A program made the translations under genes and the position numbers. Below, one piece after another: positions 60,802 through 64,000 of a DNA stretch of 64,000 nucleotides (positions within the stretch are counted from its first letter, which is position 1; each line of letters opens with the position of its first letter). Under the pieces are notes generated by a model, which was not told where the DNA came from, ran no database searches, and saw only the letters and a list, made by a program, of their open reading frames with translations. Origin of the DNA: Candidatus Methanomethylicia archaeon (GTDB taxonomy: Archaea > Thermoproteota > Methanomethylicia > Culexarchaeales > Culexarchaeaceae); assembly GCA_038727515.1 (NCBI GenBank), contig JAVYVS010000001.1:544001-608000 (forward strand), in the 5' to 3' direction.

Positions 60802-61427
60802 TTTTCAAACACCTCCCTCAAATCTTTAATTTCACCAGAAACAACCTTACTAAAATTATTTAATCCATCCATAGAACCCTTAACTATGAGAACATCATTT
60901 TCAAGAATAACCTCGGAATCTTCAGGATCAATGATTATTTTAGATCCTCTTCTAATAGCTAAAATATATATTCCAAAATAAACATCTAGATTTAAATCAG
61001 CTAATCTTTTCCCAATAAGTATAGAATCTTTATTTGGAATAAATCGTCTATATTGAGGTTCAACTTTACTTAAAGCATTCTTTAAACATGAAGGTATACC
61101 AAGCTTAAGTCTAATAACTTGAACTATATCAGCAGCAGCATTAGAAATATTATCAATAGCTATTGCAAGTTTCATAACTCCTGCAAGAGTTTCAGCATCT
61201 TCTAAATCTCTAACGGCAATAGATGCACTAGCCCAAAGTTCATACAATAAAGAATCTATATCCCTTTCAAATTCTAAAACTTCTTCAGCTAGATCAGCAT
61301 CATCAAAAAACACTGAAGCATAAGCTAAATCCACTATTAAACCACATAGATTCTTCATATCAACTAAAACTTCCTTAACAGGACGAGGCCTATGTCTCCA
61401 AATATTAGAATGAGTATGCTCACCCAT
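60798..61427 (-). CDS. PhoU + TrkA-C (RCK_C) domain protein
   Basis: MKNL..LIVDLAYASV...DNISNAAADI; SILIGKRLADLNL...ILAIRRG...D.LIVKG. Confidence 0.85.
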   Translation of the reverse strand: MGEHTHSNIWRHRPRPVKEVLVDMKNLCGLIVDLAYASVFFDDADLAEEVLEFERDIDSLLYELWASASIAVRDLEDAETLAGVMKLAIAIDNISNAAADIVQVIRLKLGIPSCLKNALSKVEPQYRRFIPNKDSILIGKRLADLNLDVYFGIYILAIRRGSKIIIDPEDSEVILENDVLIVKGSMDGLNNFSKVVSGEIKDLREVFEK

Positions 61428-61511
61428 TTAATCAATAAAACCTCCAAGACAACTATATAAATTATAATAGTCATATAAATTAAAATTTTATGGAGATTAT
61501 GAATGAAGTAT

Positions 61512-62807
61512 TCACGGGTAAATAATTAAGCTTAAAATTATAACTAAAATAGCACCATAAAGATCTGAAATAGATGTTTCAAGAGGTATTACAAAGTTAT
61601 CAGGATCCCAACCTCTACCATAAGAATAACAACCAACAATATATGAAACAAACATTATCACGGTAGAACCAAAAAACATAACTAAAAAGCATAATAAGAG
61701 CATATTAGATAATGTAGGAATTAAACCAGTTAATGAAGCTAAACCATAACCAAGTAAACCATAAACAAACCCCATAAAAGAAGCTGAAAGAAGCATACCA
61801 ATAAATTCATTAAACATAGTTGAAATAGAAGAAATCTTTGAATCTAAATATCCTAAGGCAAGCCTAGTAGTGGTAACACTACCAAAAGATGAACCTACAC
61901 CACCAATAGCATTTAATAATACTGGATAAACCATTAGAATCTCAGGATAATGAACAATATCTTCGATAAAGCTAGCTAGTAAGAGACCATTAATAACACC
62001 ATCAAAACTACAAACAAACCCTACTGGAACCGCCTCTCTAATAATAGTCCTATACATATCAATCCTCCTATCAAACTTATAAAAATACCAAATCAATATA
62101 AGTATTGGAAGAAATAAAATTGGATATATAAGTGTCACCATTAAATTTCCACTTAAAATTAATATTACAGAAATGCTATAACAGAGGGAAACAATAAAAT
62201 CATTAAGAATCCCAACAATGGGATATGCAACAACATCAGGATCCAATCCCTTCCTAAAACTAATAAAGGCAGCAAAAATATTTAAGGGAAGAGCAACGAA
62301 AGTTGCGACAACACATGTAAATAGACTTGCAATAATAAAATTGGTGAATTCACCAATGGAAACTTGTTTAAAAATTAAGTTTATGAAAAATGCTAGTAAC
62401 CCAACTAATATGGAATCTATATATGCCAATAGTATGGAAACCCTAATTAAAGAATAAAAATCTATAGTATTATTTCTCCAAGAAGCTTTAATTCGACCTA
62501 TATTAAGCATGGTGGTTAAATTCCCAGTAAAAACACCAGCAACATCACCTCTAATAGTTAAAACCACTGGAAATAATGCTACAACCCAGTGATATAAAAT
62601 CATGAGAGGACTTAAATTAGAAACAACTCTACCAGATAAAAGTCCACCACTACTAAAAGATAAAGCAAATGCACACTGTAGAAAGTTCTTCCAAATAATT
62701 CTGCGAGATAATCTAATCAATGTTGCCCCATGATCAGCATAGCCTCCTAAGACATAGTTTAAATCAAAAATAGTGTTATAATTCATTTTAAATATTTTAC
62801 TATACAA
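61512..62807 (-). CDS. MgtE/SLC41-type divalent cation transporter (two membrane repeats, no CBS domains)
   Basis: RGDVAG...GLDPDVVAYP...ND and GGVGS...GWDPDNFVIP...SD; start uncertain (TTG 62720 plausible). Confidence 0.85.
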   Translation of the reverse strand: MYSKIFKMNYNTIFDLNYVLGGYADHGATLIRLSRRIIWKNFLQCAFALSFSSGGLLSGRVVSNLSPLMILYHWVVALFPVVLTIRGDVAGVFTGNLTTMLNIGRIKASWRNNTIDFYSLIRVSILLAYIDSILVGLLAFFINLIFKQVSIGEFTNFIIASLFTCVVATFVALPLNIFAAFISFRKGLDPDVVAYPIVGILNDFIVSLCYSISVILILSGNLMVTLIYPILFLPILILIWYFYKFDRRIDMYRTIIREAVPVGFVCSFDGVINGLLLASFIEDIVHYPEILMVYPVLLNAIGGVGSSFGSVTTTRLALGYLDSKISSISTMFNEFIGMLLSASFMGFVYGLLGYGLASLTGLIPTLSNMLLLCFLVMFFGSTVIMFVSYIVGCYSYGRGWDPDNFVIPLETSISDLYGAILVIILSLIIYP

Positions 62808-62855
62808 TGAAAAGCTTCAATAACAATAAATACAAAATATAAGTATGGTGGAAAA

Positions 62856-63875
62856 TTGATCGAAATAAAAAGGGAATTACTAGAAGAAGCAAAAAGCATA
62901 CACGCAGAATCCATAATAATAGATGGACATTGCGATACAATATTACATATGTTTCCAAGACCAAACATACCGGGGAGTAAACCTAGAAGTATATTGGCTA
63001 AAAATGATACTGGACATGTAGATTTACCAAGATTAATGGAGGCAAACGTAACATGTCAATTCTTCGCTATATACACTGAGCCAATATATAAACCTTTGAA
63101 GGCAACAGCAAGAGCTTTAGAGTTGATGGCAAAATTTTATGAGGAAGTAGATAAATCTGAGGGGAAAATAATAGTGGTAAATAATTCAAGAGATATATTA
63201 AATGCAAAAGTTGAAGGAAAATTAGCAGCATTGATATCCATGGAAGGTGCGGAACCAATACAACATAATCCAATAATACTTAGAATGTTCCATAAACTTG
63301 GGTTAAGAGCAATCTCATTAACATGGAATGAAAGAAACATGCTTGCAGATGGTGTTGGAGAATCAAGAACTCAAAGTAAATTAACAGAATTAGGATTAAA
63401 CGCTGTGGAAGAGATAAGGAAATTGAAAATGTTATTGGATGTATCACATCTAAGTGATTCATGCTTCTGGGATTTAATTGAAAATTTCAAATTCCCCATA
63501 ATAGCTTCACATTCAAATGCAAGAGCAATATGTAATCATAGGAGAAATCTAACTGATGAACAATTAAAAGTCTTAGCAGAGAGGGGAGGAGTTACTGGAA
63601 TAAACTTTTCACCTTCATTCATAGTTAGCGAGGGAAAAGCAACCATAGATGATGTAATAAAACATATAGATCACATAGTGAATGTAGCTGGAATAAATTA
63701 TGTGGGATTAGGATCTGATTATGATGGAATATCATCAACACCAATAGGATTAGAGGATGTTAGTAAATTACCAAATTTAACAGCAAAATTACTAGAACAT
63801 GGGTATAGTAAGAACGATGTGAAAAAGATTCTAGGAGAAAACTTTCTAAGAGTGATAAAAGAGGTTATTGGATAA
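62856..63875 (+). CDS. Membrane dipeptidase (peptidase M19)
   Basis: IDGHCD, HVDLPRL, SMEG, LTWN.RN, LDVSH, ASHSN, RNLTD, GLGSDYDG. Confidence 0.93.
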   Translation: MIEIKRELLEEAKSIHAESIIIDGHCDTILHMFPRPNIPGSKPRSILAKNDTGHVDLPRLMEANVTCQFFAIYTEPIYKPLKATARALELMAKFYEEVDKSEGKIIVVNNSRDILNAKVEGKLAALISMEGAEPIQHNPIILRMFHKLGLRAISLTWNERNMLADGVGESRTQSKLTELGLNAVEEIRKLKMLLDVSHLSDSCFWDLIENFKFPIIASHSNARAICNHRRNLTDEQLKVLAERGGVTGINFSPSFIVSEGKATIDDVIKHIDHIVNVAGINYVGLGSDYDGISSTPIGLEDVSKLPNLTAKLLEHGYSKNDVKKILGENFLRVIKEVIG

Positions 63876-64000
63876 TGGAAGTAGACATATTGATATTAAA
63901 TGGGAGAATTATTGATGGTACAGGAGGACCATGGTATAAAGCAGATATAGCAATTAAAGATGGTAAAATAATAGCCATAGGGAAAATAAGTGGTGTAGAT
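63875..64000 (+). CDS. N-acyl-D-amino-acid deacylase-like amidohydrolase, N-terminus only
   Basis: MEVDILILNGRIIDGTGGPWYKADIAIKDGKIIAIG; ATG overlaps the dipeptidase stop (TAATG). Confidence 0.75.
   Translation, partial: MEVDILILNGRIIDGTGGPWYKADIAIKDGKIIAIGKISGVD

Noticed and set aside
1428-63462. Many 60-220 aa antisense ORFs (e.g. 1428-1829, 19701-20246, 39783-40442, 45283-45780)
   Set aside because: They lie opposite well-supported genes and are Ile/Ser/Phe-rich mirror translations
1-64000. tRNA, rRNA, CRISPR arrays, IS elements, integrases
   Set aside because: No GC-rich structured RNA tracts, regularly spaced repeats, or transposase/integrase motifs seen. Small C/D sRNAs cannot be excluded by eye.

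Overview
Gene-dense, AT-rich archaeal chromosomal window. It is probably a TACK-type thermophile, inferred from PINA ATPase, PurP-family ligase, MoeA-PBP fusion, stand-alone Lrp domain, TTTAAA-type TATA boxes and GGTG RBSs. It carries about 58 CDSs: pxpA-birA-moeA-moeA, lysA/dppA, an orphan GlmL-like ASKHA ATPase plus partner, PINA, pit/adk, thrC, hemL, a large purine cluster, pyk, feoAB/DtxR, an MgtE-PhoU/TrkA-C module and many peptidases/amidohydrolases. I saw no rRNA, tRNA, CRISPR array or IS element. Most notable: (1) an unannotated 55-aa stand-alone C3HC4 RING finger gene ending in Gly-Gly (19329-19496, minus); (2) a ChlI/ChlD-like AAA+-vWA protein with an inserted transmembrane hairpin and a natural Walker-B E-to-Q substitution, next to feoB; (3) the GlmL-like ATPase + barrel-hybrid/KOW two-gene module with no B12 enzyme nearby; (4) dppA-lysA and other D-amino-acid hydrolases suggesting peptidoglycan scavenging; (5) a perfect 55-bp identity between the moeA paralogs; (6) strong strand-specific codon bias with one outlier secreted-protein gene. 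All family calls come from motif recognition by eye, not database searches.
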